A stretch of DNA of 56,984 nt from a virus (taxonomy: Duplodnaviria; Caudoviricetes). Each line of letters begins with the position of its first letter. Within the stretch, counting starts at the first letter, position 1. Below the pieces are notes generated by a model. It did no database searches. It saw nothing but the letters and a program-made list of their open reading frames with translations, and was not told the DNA's origin. This document shows positions 27,901 through 37,374 of this stretch, piece by piece. The translations under genes and the position numbers were made by a program. The stretch is from IMG/VR virus record IMGVR_UViG_3300021057_000013, positions 1 to 56,984 of that record; one strand, given 5' to 3'.

Positions 27901-30900
27901 CAGTGCTTTCAGGCCTTCGAGCTGCTTGCGCTCATCAGGCCCCATCAGCGGCAGGTTTTTGCGGGCCTCGGCATACTTTTCGCGCATCTGCAGCAGCTTT
28001 TGCTCACCCGCCTCAATCTGCTTGGTCATTTCCCCCAGGATGTTGAAGGCGCGGCTTTCGGTGATGTCCTCGGGCTCTTGGCGAGCTTCGTAAAAGAATT
28101 TCTTCCCTTCCTCGGCAGCCTTGTGGGCGTCTTTGGCAAACGCGTCAAATTCGCCCTTGATGCGTTTCAACTCGTCGCTGATGGCCCGGCGCCGCTCTTT
28201 GATGGCGTCTTCGGCGCCCTTGAGCTCCAGCTTGTCGATGTCGAAGCCTTTTTCCTGCAGCTTTTGGCGGGTTTCCGTGACCTGCTGTTGCGCGGCGATG
28301 ATTTTGTCGCCGAGCTGCTTGCTTTTGGTCGCATAATCCTTGTCTGCCGTATCGAGCGCGGCCAGCGCAGCCTCATATTTCTTCAGAAAGGCCTGCCAGA
28401 CAGCCAAGTTGTCCTGCAGGGTCCGGGCTTCGCTCTCAAGCTTTTCTTGCGCGAAGTTGCGCACAGAGCCTGAGTAAGCCGTGCCTGTGCGCGGATCAAC
28501 GATCTCCATGCCGGCCATGGTGTTGCGAATGCCGGCGCGACCGGATCTGATCTCCTGATGCGAATGCGGACCAGTGCTGTTGCCGGTACTGCCGGCACGA
28601 GCAATCATTTCGCCCTTTTTGACGGTATCGCCCACCGCCTTGGTCAGTTCGGAGTTGTGGGCATAGAGGATATACTTGCCTGGAGCCACCTCGACAATCA
28701 CGGTTTTGCCGTAGCCGCCGGCCCAGCCGGAAAAGGCGACCGTGCCTTCGAGCTGGGACTTGATCGGCGCGCCGTGGGCAACAGCGAAGTCCTGGCCAGT
28801 ATGCATCCGCTTGGTCCCAAAGATCGGATGGGTGCGCCATCCGTAATCGGACGTCATAGCCCCCACGCCCGACGCACGGGGATCCAGATGCAGCGTTCCG
28901 CCATGATTGTGCGCGTGCGCCTGCTTTTCGGCGGCGGCAATCGCCTTGTCTCGGTCGATCTGGCGGGCCTTGTTCAGGTCGAGCTGTTTCTTGAGCTCGC
29001 GATCCATCTGGTCGAGCCGGATTTCGGCGTTGTTGATCTGATCGACCTGATGCTTGACCGCATTGGCTGCCGCTTCTCGCTCTTTTTGGCCGAGCTCACC
29101 CGCCCGCTTGACGAAGCGTGCCTGATGCTGATCGAGACTGATCAGCTCCTGGGCTATGGCAGACAGCTGGCCGCGCAGTTTGCCGCTTGCGAGCTCAACA
29201 AAGCCAAGCTTCTGCAGTTCTTCTTCCAACTCTTTGATCCGGCCAGGCCGAGGGTTGAAGACCGCGCCGCCTTTGGGAGCCATCTGCTGGGGGCCGGCCG
29301 CAGCCTGCTCGCGGCGTAGGCGCTCAAGCTCGGGCAGCAGCTCTTTCAGCTTCTGCAGCTTGGTCGTATTCTCATTGATGAGCGTCTGGGCATCGCGCGC
29401 AGCGTCACGGATCTGCTCATGCGTCAGCTTCTTGCCCTCGGACTCAAGGATCAAGGCCTGCTTCAGGGCGCCAGCAAACTCCTGCCTGGCTTCGATCGAT
29501 GTCTGCAGGTTGTCGTCAAGCTGATCAAGCGCTTGGTTGAGATCCTTGACTGCCTTGAGCAGCAGGAAGATGGCGCCGCCTGCGACAACCAGACCGAGAG
29601 CGGCGGCGCCGAAGGTGGCGAGCCCGCCAGTTGCTGCTACTTTGCCGGCCTCGCCGACCTTGCCGATACCGCTGGCTGCTGCGGCTGCATCTACAGCCAC
29701 CTTGCCCTTCAGCAAATTGCCCAGGGTCGTGAAGCTTTCAATGCCTTTGCCAACCACAAAAACGATCCCGGCCGTGCCGGCAAACGCCGTAAAGACTCCG
29801 CCCGCCAGCAGCGCCACATACTCCATGATGGTCTTGATCGGGCCGGGGATACTGTCGAAGACTTCGATCACCTCTTTGGCCCCGCCAACCAGGGCCTTGA
29901 GCACCGGAAGCACGTCTTCGGCCACCTCCAACTGCAGATCCTCGAAGTCCTTTTGCAGCTCGCGGATCTGGTGCCCAAAGGATTCCTTCATGATGCCGGC
30001 GGCACGATCAATCTCATCGCCATAGGCACTCATTGCCTGGGTGTTGCTGGCAATCTTCTCCTCGGTCTGGGCCAGGTAGCTTTGGACGATGTTGAAGGCC
30101 CGCTCATCGGGAAAGATCTGCTTGAGGATCTGTCCCTGCTCCACTTTCGACATGCCCTCGAGCTGCTTGCGAATATCGGCCATGACATCGGCCCACTCGC
30201 GAACCTCGCCGTTCTCCTGAAAGACCTTTTTCACGGCGTTGGTGGTCTTGAACAGCCGGTCCATGGCTGCCGTCTGCTTGTCGGTCGGGGAATTCATGTC
30301 TCCGAGGGCGTTCTTGAGGCCGGTCGCCGCCATTTCGGCAGACACGCCGGCATCACGCAGGACCCCAAAGGCGGTTGAAATTCCGATCAGACTCTGACCG
30401 GTGGTTTTGGAGGTTGAGGCCATGATGGACATGGCGTGCCCGACTTCCGCAATATTCGTCGCGCTGACGTTGGCGGTGCGGGCGAGAATATCGCCGGTGT
30501 TTTTGAGTTCGGCATTGGACAGGCCAAAGGCGCGATTGGTCGAGAGGATGATCTTGCTGACCGTGTCCATCGACTCGCCGGTCGCAATGGCGGCATTGTT
30601 GAACAGGCCCAGGTTTTCGGTCGCTTCTTTAGCCGACAAGCCGGCGCGGGTCAACTCAACAGCTGCTTGGGCTGCGGCTGTAGTCTTGATGCCTTCCAGG
30701 CCTTTGGCGGTATCAACCAGCGTCTTAACTTCAGCTTCTGTCGCATTGGCAGTGGCCTTGAAAGCAGCGGTCTGATCGGACAGTTCTGCAAACTTTTTGC
30801 CCGCGCCGCCGAAGCCGGCTAAAATGGCGCCGCCAATGGTTCCGGCAATGGTGGCTGCGTCCTGCAGAGCTTGGCGAACCTCGGCGGCGCTGGCGCGCAT

Positions 30901-32085
30901 CGCCTGCGCTCGCTTCTCTTCGGCGACCCGGACCTGATCGACATGCTGCGCGGAAACCGCGGTCAACTGTCCGATCTGCTTCTCTGCCTCGGCAATCCGC
31001 TGCTGAATGGCCAGCCGGTCTTTCTCGCTGACATACGTCCCGTCCAGGGAGGCCTTCAGCTCCTTGACCCGGCCATGGGCCCTGCTGATCGCCGCGCCGT
31101 AATCATCTGCCAGCTTCTGCCATTCGGTCATGCCGGCCTGGCGGATCGTGGTCGCAATCGCGCCGATCTGCCCGCTGAGGCTGCTGTCGAAGCGGTCGAC
31201 GCCCCGGTTCAGGCCGGCGGCATTGCGATCCCGCTCGCGCTGGCCGGCCGCCAGGGATTTTTCAGCCGCGCGGGCAGCGGCGACGGCCTGGCGCTCCTGC
31301 TCGCGCTGGCCGGCTGCCAGGGAGCGGGCTGCTGCTTGAGCTGCGGCGGCAGCCTCGCGCTCTTCCTTGGCAGCCTTGGCCGCAGCTTGGCGCTCGGCTT
31401 CAGCAGCCTTGGCAGAGGCCTCGCGCTCTTGCCGGGTCTTGGCGACAGCGGCGGCCTTCTCTTGCTCAGCCTTCTTGAGGGCCTGCGCCTTGTCGAGCTC
31501 GGCCTGGGCCTGCTTCTGGGCCTCGGCAGCCGCGCGCGCGGACGCCTTGGCCTGGCCGTCCTGCAGGCGCAGCACCTCGGCCTGGGCTTTGGCGAGCTGC
31601 TCGGCGAGCTTCGCGCGCTGCTCATCGGTCGTTTTGGCATCGGCGAGTTTCTGCTGGATCCGCGCGACCGTGCCCTGGGCGTCCTTGAGCTTGCTGGCGT
31701 AATTGTCGGCCGCCTTTTCCCATTTGGACATGTCCGCCTGGCGGAAGGCTTTCGCCATGGCGTCAGCTTGCTTGGTCAGGCTCGTGACTTCGACGGCAAC
31801 AGCCCTGGCTTCGGCTTTGAGTTGGCGCGCGGCCTGTGCGGCTTCGTCCAATCCCTTGCGGCCCGCCTTGCCTGCGGTAGCCACCGCAGGCGCCAGCACA
31901 CCGCGCATGTCTGCGCTTACGCCTTGAATTTCCTTTGCGATCATCGTAAAGCCCTGACCAGCCTCTTTGACCAGCGCGGTCAGCGTGCGGTCAGCGTTCT
32001 GGACCCCGGCTACAAGGGCGGCAAAGGCCTGATTGATACCGCGTGTATCAACGTCCAATCCCCAAAACAGCGTTTCGTCAGCCAT
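24985..32085 (-). CDS. Tape measure protein with embedded M23 peptidase
   Basis: TP901-like core (DILARTANVSATNIAEVG...AATGLK); M23 motifs HTGQDFA, YAH, GSTGNSTGPHSH; 2366 aa. Confidence 0.92.
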   Translation of the reverse strand: MADETLFWGLDVDTRGINQAFAALVAGVQNADRTLTALVKEAGQGFTMIAKEIQGVSADMRGVLAPAVATAGKAGRKGLDEAAQAARQLKAEARAVAVEVTSLTKQADAMAKAFRQADMSKWEKAADNYASKLKDAQGTVARIQQKLADAKTTDEQRAKLAEQLAKAQAEVLRLQDGQAKASARAAAEAQKQAQAELDKAQALKKAEQEKAAAVAKTRQEREASAKAAEAERQAAAKAAKEEREAAAAAQAAARSLAAGQREQERQAVAAARAAEKSLAAGQRERDRNAAGLNRGVDRFDSSLSGQIGAIATTIRQAGMTEWQKLADDYGAAISRAHGRVKELKASLDGTYVSEKDRLAIQQRIAEAEKQIGQLTAVSAQHVDQVRVAEEKRAQAMRASAAEVRQALQDAATIAGTIGGAILAGFGGAGKKFAELSDQTAAFKATANATEAEVKTLVDTAKGLEGIKTTAAAQAAVELTRAGLSAKEATENLGLFNNAAIATGESMDTVSKIILSTNRAFGLSNAELKNTGDILARTANVSATNIAEVGHAMSIMASTSKTTGQSLIGISTAFGVLRDAGVSAEMAATGLKNALGDMNSPTDKQTAAMDRLFKTTNAVKKVFQENGEVREWADVMADIRKQLEGMSKVEQGQILKQIFPDERAFNIVQSYLAQTEEKIASNTQAMSAYGDEIDRAAGIMKESFGHQIRELQKDFEDLQLEVAEDVLPVLKALVGGAKEVIEVFDSIPGPIKTIMEYVALLAGGVFTAFAGTAGIVFVVGKGIESFTTLGNLLKGKVAVDAAAAASGIGKVGEAGKVAATGGLATFGAAALGLVVAGGAIFLLLKAVKDLNQALDQLDDNLQTSIEARQEFAGALKQALILESEGKKLTHEQIRDAARDAQTLINENTTKLQKLKELLPELERLRREQAAAGPQQMAPKGGAVFNPRPGRIKELEEELQKLGFVELASGKLRGQLSAIAQELISLDQHQARFVKRAGELGQKEREAAANAVKHQVDQINNAEIRLDQMDRELKKQLDLNKARQIDRDKAIAAAEKQAHAHNHGGTLHLDPRASGVGAMTSDYGWRTHPIFGTKRMHTGQDFAVAHGAPIKSQLEGTVAFSGWAGGYGKTVIVEVAPGKYILYAHNSELTKAVGDTVKKGEMIARAGSTGNSTGPHSHQEIRSGRAGIRNTMAGMEIVDPRTGTAYSGSVRNFAQEKLESEARTLQDNLAVWQAFLKKYEAALAALDTADKDYATKSKQLGDKIIAAQQQVTETRQKLQEKGFDIDKLELKGAEDAIKERRRAISDELKRIKGEFDAFAKDAHKAAEEGKKFFYEARQEPEDITESRAFNILGEMTKQIEAGEQKLLQMREKYAEARKNLPLMGPDERKQLEGLKALIDEQVDSVGRLKFQLKELGGTFEDLPGWGDRKNVLGTGVLSSLATALAGNDLDKYLDKLDDANDKGREFVAALMGNAEALESFNLALEGDFVDIEHLGQLLGYSTQQLKDMGVQADELGRVNLDFLNTQIGLTENQLSELMNTLGRADAMKDWSLGIDAAVKALEKIKAVAPAVSEGVAIGIEGAKAWGGELADAIGNIVGTIGGLGAAFRQFGGEAAEAFAGVTDAAAGLTSGIAGLVAAVASKSPFQAVSAGVQIIGSVFAGVTALIHESTKQAQAFNDELLRTKRLSGDQKEAYLEQAVIDRERAGKDSKPAKQALFVHQRTKARDELIDPLQKSLAYAVVGENGELDLDATERNINEGFARELANPKLASDSPAKIKALREKALNDLKEIRFQMSEAQRDIQNNWLSLTEGAADAADKSTAKVEESTESLLNYFRELARDDRHKDLTEEFLDTVVGKDASGEARDRARAAAESVASEYQAVMHDVDEAFKGSGGLAGEAGWKEWTERLEKLMPGFRKRITEALAKANQEAREKDRANFEKDLKAREDQFKAQIEALKKAAGDLYEEEAQDIRELIKLDEQRIKGLEKANKLIEDRIRLKEDERKKDLADFEGQDLGEFAKLVKQVDFDAELRQGLKDIHNPDGVPTGTYSGQSHLEAMKERLDLLRLQNENKLGLEQYDPANPAKNKAAYLTERKRIDAIEARFVEEELKRTDLTNRQRLELEAQMNAAYSDFKQAHIESLNNAKDQEIAILQEQIDANSRAADNIRSSIATHQEALDDLSSRYQAQLSQIDERIASVMDSQSAWAGSAQALKEGIEGPLNDIISLYQKAKKAIKDAFNAGVPNVAQIGLDYAAGHDGKRYATTSELWGLGKKMATGGVVPPGFPNDTFPAMLNSGEPVFPAWFANLLEQSYRMNMGGPRTIHNQSRGDVHVHVHGGDIEAVRREFRKALSESEYSGARINGANYLN

Positions 32086-32495
32086 TACTCAAGCCTTGCC
32101 TCTTCAATCTGCCAGGATTCCTGCAGGTGCTTACGATCGGGATCTTTCGGCGGGTGCGCTACCCAGTCGCCCGGCGGCGTGTTGTGCTCAATCTCTTCTT
32201 TGGCCATCACCAGCACGTCATCGGCCCAGCGCTTCAGGTCCAGCGGTGTGAGCAGGCCTGCGCGGGTGCGCTCAGCCCATAGCTGAGCGCCATAGGCTTT
32301 GATCGCGGGGATGGACTGCCGGATCATGGCGCGCGGCGACATCTTGTGCGTGCCATATTCCACATGGGGCGCGTGCTCGAGATCGGTCCAGACCTTGCCG
32401 ACGACCCGACTGGGATAGTTCAGGCCTTGAATCTTCTGGATCATGGCATCGGCATTGGTGACGAGCCCGGCGGGGCCATGCTTTCGAACGGTCAT
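32085..32495 (-). CDS. HK97 gp10-like tail completion protein, apparently circularly permuted
   Basis: HAPHVEYGTHKMSPRAMIR precedes TP....HLQESW; SD AAGGAGG. Confidence 0.7.
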   Translation of the reverse strand: MTVRKHGPAGLVTNADAMIQKIQGLNYPSRVVGKVWTDLEHAPHVEYGTHKMSPRAMIRQSIPAIKAYGAQLWAERTRAGLLTPLDLKRWADDVLVMAKEEIEHNTPPGDWVAHPPKDPDRKHLQESWQIEEARLE

Positions 32496-32548
32496 AAGCC
32501 CCTCCTTGATGGGGTAAACTGGGAAAAACCATAGGATGAGGTGAAAAC

Positions 32549-32968
32549 GTGAAAAATCTGCGCCAGAACGGGAATCCAAAGGACGCCATCGAGCTCCGGC
32601 TCACTCTGGAAGCGCTGCAGATCAGCCTTGACCTGATGCAGGCCACGCTGAATCATCTGCCCGACAGGTTAGATGAGGTCTTTGGAAGGCTCGCAGGCGT
32701 GCTGGGTGAAGCGAGCGAGTCCACGGTCAACACCATCACCGGCGCCACGGCGCCCTTCACAGAGACGGCCGAGCATTTCAGGGGAATGACCCAATCCTTC
32801 AGCGACAGCCTGGATCGGCTGGTCGATTTCTTCGAGGCCAACAACGCCCGCTTTGAAGCCATCGACTACGCCATTGGCGAGATTCGGCAAAACCAGCACA
32901 CGCTGGAAGAGAGCCAGGCCCGGATCGAAGCCATGCTGAACCGTATTGAGGAGCGTCTGGGCCGGTAA
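32549..32968 (+). CDS. Opposite-strand coiled-coil moron protein
   Basis: SD GAGGTG before GTG; fills the gap between - strand genes exactly. Confidence 0.6.
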   Translation: MKNLRQNGNPKDAIELRLTLEALQISLDLMQATLNHLPDRLDEVFGRLAGVLGEASESTVNTITGATAPFTETAEHFRGMTQSFSDSLDRLVDFFEANNARFEAIDYAIGEIRQNQHTLEESQARIEAMLNRIEERLGR

Positions 32969-33199
32969 TCAGACCGGATCCGGAACCAGCCGCCGCAGGC
33001 CCGCCAGCTTGGTATGGATCGAGACCCGCTCGAAGGGGCAGCCGGCCAGATTGGCCAGGCCCGGCTCGTTGATGGCCCGGTAGATCAGGGCCTCGATCAG
33101 ATCCATGTCCAGGGCCCCGCGCCGCTCTTGGAGCATCAGCAGGCGCTGCTCATACTCGGTCTGGGCCGCGGCGTCCGTCAGAATATCCAGCGTGCCCAT
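32969..33199 (-). CDS. Hypothetical protein
   Basis: TGATG coupling. Confidence 0.6.
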   Translation of the reverse strand: MGTLDILTDAAAQTEYEQRLLMLQERRGALDMDLIEALIYRAINEPGLANLAGCPFERVSIHTKLAGLRRLVPDPV

Positions 33200-33987
33200 C
33201 AGAGGCGCAGGGACTCGATCTGCTGGTTCAGGGACTGGGCCAGCCGCTCGGCCGCGTCCCGGGGGTTCGCCTGGTCATAGAAAGGATCGCGCAGGGCGGC
33301 CTGGCTCGCGGCGTGCTGGGCCAGGCGCTCCCGGTGGGCCGCGGCCTGCTCCGGCGTCATCAGCTGCAGGATCAGCCGCGTCAGCTGGATCAGCAGGTGA
33401 TCCTTCAGGGCCTCGTTGGCCCGGAAATGGCCGGACTGCGCGGCCATGGGGCCATAGGTGGCCTGCATCAGCTGGCGGGCCATCCGCAGCGTCAGCGGGA
33501 CCGCGCCGAGCTCCGGGCGCGGCGCCAGCCGAAAGGCGATCTGCTCGTCGGTATCCTCCCGATCGCAGGCAAAGGGCAGAGGGGCCAGCGCGCGCGCGAC
33601 GAAGGCCGCTACCGCGTCCCATTCGATCTGCCCCTGCGGATCGATCAGGCGCAGGTTTTCGCGGCTGAGATCGGCCTCCGGCTGCCAGAACAGCAGGGCG
33701 CGGACCACGCTGTGAAAGGCCAGGGCAAAAGCCTCCTCGGCCAGGGCCAGCGTGCTCATCTCGAAGACCGCCGCGCAGCCGATCGCGAAGCGCTCGGGTA
33801 CCGATCGCAGGCTCACCTTGAACGTGAGCGATTCCGACAAATGCAGAAACTCAAAGGCCAGCAGCGGGTGATCCGCCGGAAAGTACTGGGCCAGGGCCGG
33901 CTCAGAGGCCACGAAAGCGGCGATCGAGTCCAGCAGGGCCTCGCGCGGCGTGACGGCCGGCCGCGGGGTGATTACGCGAATCGTCAT
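33199..33987 (-). CDS. Hypothetical tail-region protein
   Basis: ATGA coupling; 262 aa. Confidence 0.65.
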   Translation of the reverse strand: MTIRVITPRPAVTPREALLDSIAAFVASEPALAQYFPADHPLLAFEFLHLSESLTFKVSLRSVPERFAIGCAAVFEMSTLALAEEAFALAFHSVVRALLFWQPEADLSRENLRLIDPQGQIEWDAVAAFVARALAPLPFACDREDTDEQIAFRLAPRPELGAVPLTLRMARQLMQATYGPMAAQSGHFRANEALKDHLLIQLTRLILQLMTPEQAAAHRERLAQHAASQAALRDPFYDQANPRDAAERLAQSLNQQIESLRL

Positions 33988-34391
33988 CGGATGATCCTTC
34001 CAAATCCTTGTTCTTGGTGCAAAAAGCGCTGAACGTCCCGAATGTCCTTGAAGACCGGCTCGGGCGTGGCGGGGGGCGCTTTGCCGTCTTTGGGCATCCG
34101 CTGATCCATCAGGAAGCCCTGGACCAGCGCGGCCTGAGCGACGGCCTCACGCATCTCGAAGACCCGGGCCAGCGTCAGCCGGCCAAGACTTTCCTCCGAG
34201 AGGTTGCCGCCCTCGCCGCTGCGGAGGGGCTTGAAGATGTAGGCTTCCCAGTAGAGCCGGCTCCACCAGATGAATTTTCCAGTCGCGAAAGGCTTGTGCT
34301 TAGCGCTTTCCCGGCGCTCGTAAGCCGTGATGCCAGGGTAGAGATCGTCGAGCGGATACCGGGCGGCACGCTCGCCCACAGCGCTAAAAAA
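33984..34391 (-). CDS. Tail assembly chaperone, -1 frameshift extension (GT-like)
   Basis: -1 frame open from slippery T TTT TTA (34391-34385) to a stop coupled with the next gene. Confidence 0.55.
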   Translation of the reverse strand, partial: FFSAVGERAARYPLDDLYPGITAYERRESAKHKPFATGKFIWWSRLYWEAYIFKPLRSGEGGNLSEESLGRLTLARVFEMREAVAQAALVQGFLMDQRMPKDGKAPPATPEPVFKDIRDVQRFLHQEQGFGRIIR

Positions 34392-34900
34392 TCCCGCTGG
34401 TTGACCTCGACCAGTTTTTGAATCAGCTCGGTCAGCTGGCTCGGCGGCAGGCTGATCAGATCGGCGGCGCTCAGGCTTCGGCTCTCGGTGCTGACCAGGA
34501 CGGCGAGCTCCTCGAGCAGGGCGACGAACCATTCCGGGTACTCGCCCTTGAGATTGATTTCCAGCAGCTTGTGCACCACGACGCCGACCATGCCCATGGG
34601 ATGGGTCTGGGCCAGCAGCTGCTCGGGCGTCCGATCGCTGCCCTGCTCGGCAATCAGGAAGCGGGTGAACTCGATCACCTTCGGCAGCAGCCGGCGCAGA
34701 TCGTCCATGTTCATCAGGCGCAGCGTGTGCGGCGTGGCCCCCAGCATCACCTGGGCGTCCGACGCGAGGTAAAAGGCCGGCGTCAGCGCCACAGCCTTGG
34801 GCCGGTACTTGGCAGCGGTATAGCTTTCCACCACCTGGTCAATCTCGGCTTGGCTGGCGCCGCCGGCTCTCAGGGTTTCGATCAGCTTGTCTAAATCCAC
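34175..34900 (-). CDS. Tail assembly chaperone (G-like)
   Basis: Between tail tube and tape measure genes; LVEVNQRDF motif. Confidence 0.65.
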   Translation of the reverse strand: MDLDKLIETLRAGGASQAEIDQVVESYTAAKYRPKAVALTPAFYLASDAQVMLGATPHTLRLMNMDDLRRLLPKVIEFTRFLIAEQGSDRTPEQLLAQTHPMGMVGVVVHKLLEINLKGEYPEWFVALLEELAVLVSTESRSLSAADLISLPPSQLTELIQKLVEVNQRDFLALWASVPPGIRSTISTLASRLTSAGKALSTSLSRLENSSGGAGSTGKPTSSSPSAAARAATSRRKVLAG

Positions 34901-35280
34901 ACGGTTTCTTCCTTTTCCAGTTTTTCGGCCAGGCGGGCGTCGATGAAGGTGCGCCGGTAGCCCAGCAGCAGCTGCACGCAGGCCCCGACCTGCGGCGGGT
35001 TGACCAAGGGGCTCTCGAGCACCATCACCGCGCCGTCGATGCAGCGCACGCGGGCTTCAATCGGGGTATCGCTGCCGCGCTGCTCGATCAGCACATGCAT
35101 CGTGCGGCGCCGGCGCAGCTGCTCGCGAAAGACCCCGGCGTTTTCCAAGCCAAAATAGGACCGGCCCGGGGCGGGCAGATTCCGCACCAGGCCGGTCACA
35201 TGCTGATCCAGGACATAGCCCCGGTGCACGTACACATGCGCCGGGGCATCGTCTGCGAGCGAAAAGTCAGAGGCTCTCAT
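34891..35280 (-). CDS. Hypothetical protein
   Basis: 129-aa ORF in the tail operon. Confidence 0.6.
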   Translation of the reverse strand: MRASDFSLADDAPAHVYVHRGYVLDQHVTGLVRNLPAPGRSYFGLENAGVFREQLRRRRTMHVLIEQRGSDTPIEARVRCIDGAVMVLESPLVNPPQVGACVQLLLGYRRTFIDARLAEKLEKEETVWI

Positions 35281-35286
35281 TCAGGC

Positions 35287-36102
35287 TCAGGGGTTGGCCG
35301 CGAAGAGGATGGTCTCTTCCATCAGCACGGGCTGCTTCTTGCTGTTGATCGTTTCCGTCTGCGGGATGATCTCAAAGCGCAGCGTGTTCTTGCCGACATT
35401 GGCATCCGGGTACTGCCCATTGCCCTGCGTGACCACCGTGTCCTTGGCGTAGTGCAGGATGGTGTCGCCGTTGTCGCCGGAGATCACGCCCAGGAAGGAG
35501 CGGTGCGCCAGCGTGACGCCGCCGCGTTTCCAGACGATCTTCGTGACGTCCTTGACCACGGCGGCATTCTGCGGCGCTTCGTCCAGCGCGCTTTCGAGAT
35601 TGACCGTGGTGGAATTGTTGACATCCCCGGACACGCGGCGGTAGTCCTTGTACTGGCTCAGGCCCGTCCCGATCACCACTTCCAGCATCGTGCCGTCGTT
35701 GATCGTGGCCGCCACGCCCAGGGTCAGCAGGCTCAGGCCGCCGCCGCCGACGGCGATCGTGCCGCTGAAGCTGCCGTAGGTCACGACCGGCACCAGATCG
35801 GTCTTGTTGATCAGGTCCTCTCCGAAGGGCGTGATTTCGGTCAGGTTCGCGCTCAGGGCCGCGTTCTGCTCGTTGATGTGAAAGCTTTTCTTGGTCTTGG
35901 TCGTCCCCAGCATGGTGCTGTTGACGTTGGTGCTGAACTCGGCATTGTACGAGCCCGGCTCGGTCGCGCCGGCCCGGCGCCAGCCGCTGGTGCTCGCCGC
36001 CGTCAGGTTGGCGGCCTTGGGGGCAAAGAACAGATCGACGGCAAAGTTATTGTCGCGACCAACGAGATCCGGGGCGGTGTTGTTCTGGGTGAAATCCACC
36101 AT
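35287..36102 (-). CDS. Major tail (tube) protein
   Basis: Position, SD AAGGAG, strongly biased codons, WRRAGATEPG and LSANLTEIT motifs. Confidence 0.7.
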   Translation of the reverse strand: MVDFTQNNTAPDLVGRDNNFAVDLFFAPKAANLTAASTSGWRRAGATEPGSYNAEFSTNVNSTMLGTTKTKKSFHINEQNAALSANLTEITPFGEDLINKTDLVPVVTYGSFSGTIAVGGGGLSLLTLGVAATINDGTMLEVVIGTGLSQYKDYRRVSGDVNNSTTVNLESALDEAPQNAAVVKDVTKIVWKRGGVTLAHRSFLGVISGDNGDTILHYAKDTVVTQGNGQYPDANVGKNTLRFEIIPQTETINSKKQPVLMEETILFAANP

Positions 36103-36115
36103 GTCATCATTCTCC

Positions 36116-36616
36116 TTAAACGAAAATTAATCGAAAATCGGCCAGCTGCCGGATCACCAGGGGCTGATCATCCGGCAGCTCCCGCCAGCCGCGCGCCAGC
36201 TCGAGCCGGCAGCGGCTGAGCGTGGCGGGTGTTGTCGGGTTTGAAAAGTAGTCCTTGACGTCGAAGTAGCTGTAAAAGCCGTTGCGCTGGGTGCTAAAGC
36301 CCAATTTGTCCATCAGGCTGTCGCGGATCAGCAGCACCTGGCGGCGGGCCTCGCTCATGTCCGCGCTGGCGGATTTGGCGAAGATATCGACCTGGACCGT
36401 TGCGCCGGCCCGGTGGCGCGCGGCGATCAATTGGCCGGGCTGGTTGAACCAGCCGCGGACGCTAGGGAAGCTCGCCGGCTGCTGCTGGGCGTGGTAGACC
36501 AGCGCGTAATTCGAGCCCAGGGCGGCATTGAGCTCGGTCTTGATCGTGGCCACATGGCCGCTGAGCAGGGTGTGAAAGCTGCCTTCGACATTGAAGGCCG
36601 TGGTTTTCAGGCTCAT
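36116..36616 (-). CDS. Tail terminator-like protein
   Basis: FPSV...VQVDIFA pattern; immediately before the tube gene. Confidence 0.55.
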   Translation of the reverse strand: MSLKTTAFNVEGSFHTLLSGHVATIKTELNAALGSNYALVYHAQQQPASFPSVRGWFNQPGQLIAARHRAGATVQVDIFAKSASADMSEARRQVLLIRDSLMDKLGFSTQRNGFYSYFDVKDYFSNPTTPATLSRCRLELARGWRELPDDQPLVIRQLADFRLIFV

Positions 36617-37374
36617 GCGCCCACCCGGGTCAAATAGATCTGCCAGTGGTAGGTCGGCAGCATCGTGATGCCGCGCTCCGTCCCGTCGCGGCCGGTGACG
36701 CGATAGAGCTCGGCGGCGTTGGCGGCCTTGCCGTAGGCCAGAATCGAGAGAAAGGCGCCGTCGGCAATCAGCGCATCGAGCGTGGCCTCGCCGCGATCGA
36801 CCACGATCCGGGCGTCGCCGAGCTTGCGCCGGGCATTGCCCTCGGTGACCCATTGCTCGGTCAGATCGACTTCCAGCGGCGTCAGCGTCACCGGGCTCGC
36901 CGGCGTCGTCGTCGCCGGCAGGCTCAGCAGCGGATTGCCGGCGACCGTGACCACCGGCGGCGGCAGCAATTGGATCACGTAGCAGCCGGAGAAGGCCCGG
37001 CCCTCGAGCGCATCGGCAAAGCGCAGATCGAGCAGCTTGGAGACCTTGCTTTGATCGGCACCGAGCACGAGCAGGCTCCCGACGGTTTCGGGCATGTCGG
37101 GCGAGCGCTGGCTGCTGTGGCGTCGGGCCTTGAGCAGCTCGACCTGGGCGCGCAGGGTAAAGGCCGTGCCGGGCGTGACCGTGCCGCCGGCAAAGCTCAG
37201 CGGCGTGATCGTGACGAGCTCCGTGCGGCCCAGGCTCGGGCGGATGCCGCCAACCGGGCAGGGGATCACATCCGTCAGGTAATGGGCGACGGCCTCGCCG
37301 GCAATCGAATCGATCCGGTAGGTCGGCGCAACGGTTTTGCTGGTGCCATCGATCGCCCGCGCGCTGTAACTCAT
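36613..37374 (-). CDS. Neck/head-closure region protein
   Basis: Position and ATGA coupling. Confidence 0.55.
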   Translation of the reverse strand: MSYSARAIDGTSKTVAPTYRIDSIAGEAVAHYLTDVIPCPVGGIRPSLGRTELVTITPLSFAGGTVTPGTAFTLRAQVELLKARRHSSQRSPDMPETVGSLLVLGADQSKVSKLLDLRFADALEGRAFSGCYVIQLLPPPVVTVAGNPLLSLPATTTPASPVTLTPLEVDLTEQWVTEGNARRKLGDARIVVDRGEATLDALIADGAFLSILAYGKAANAAELYRVTGRDGTERGITMLPTYHWQIYLTRVGA

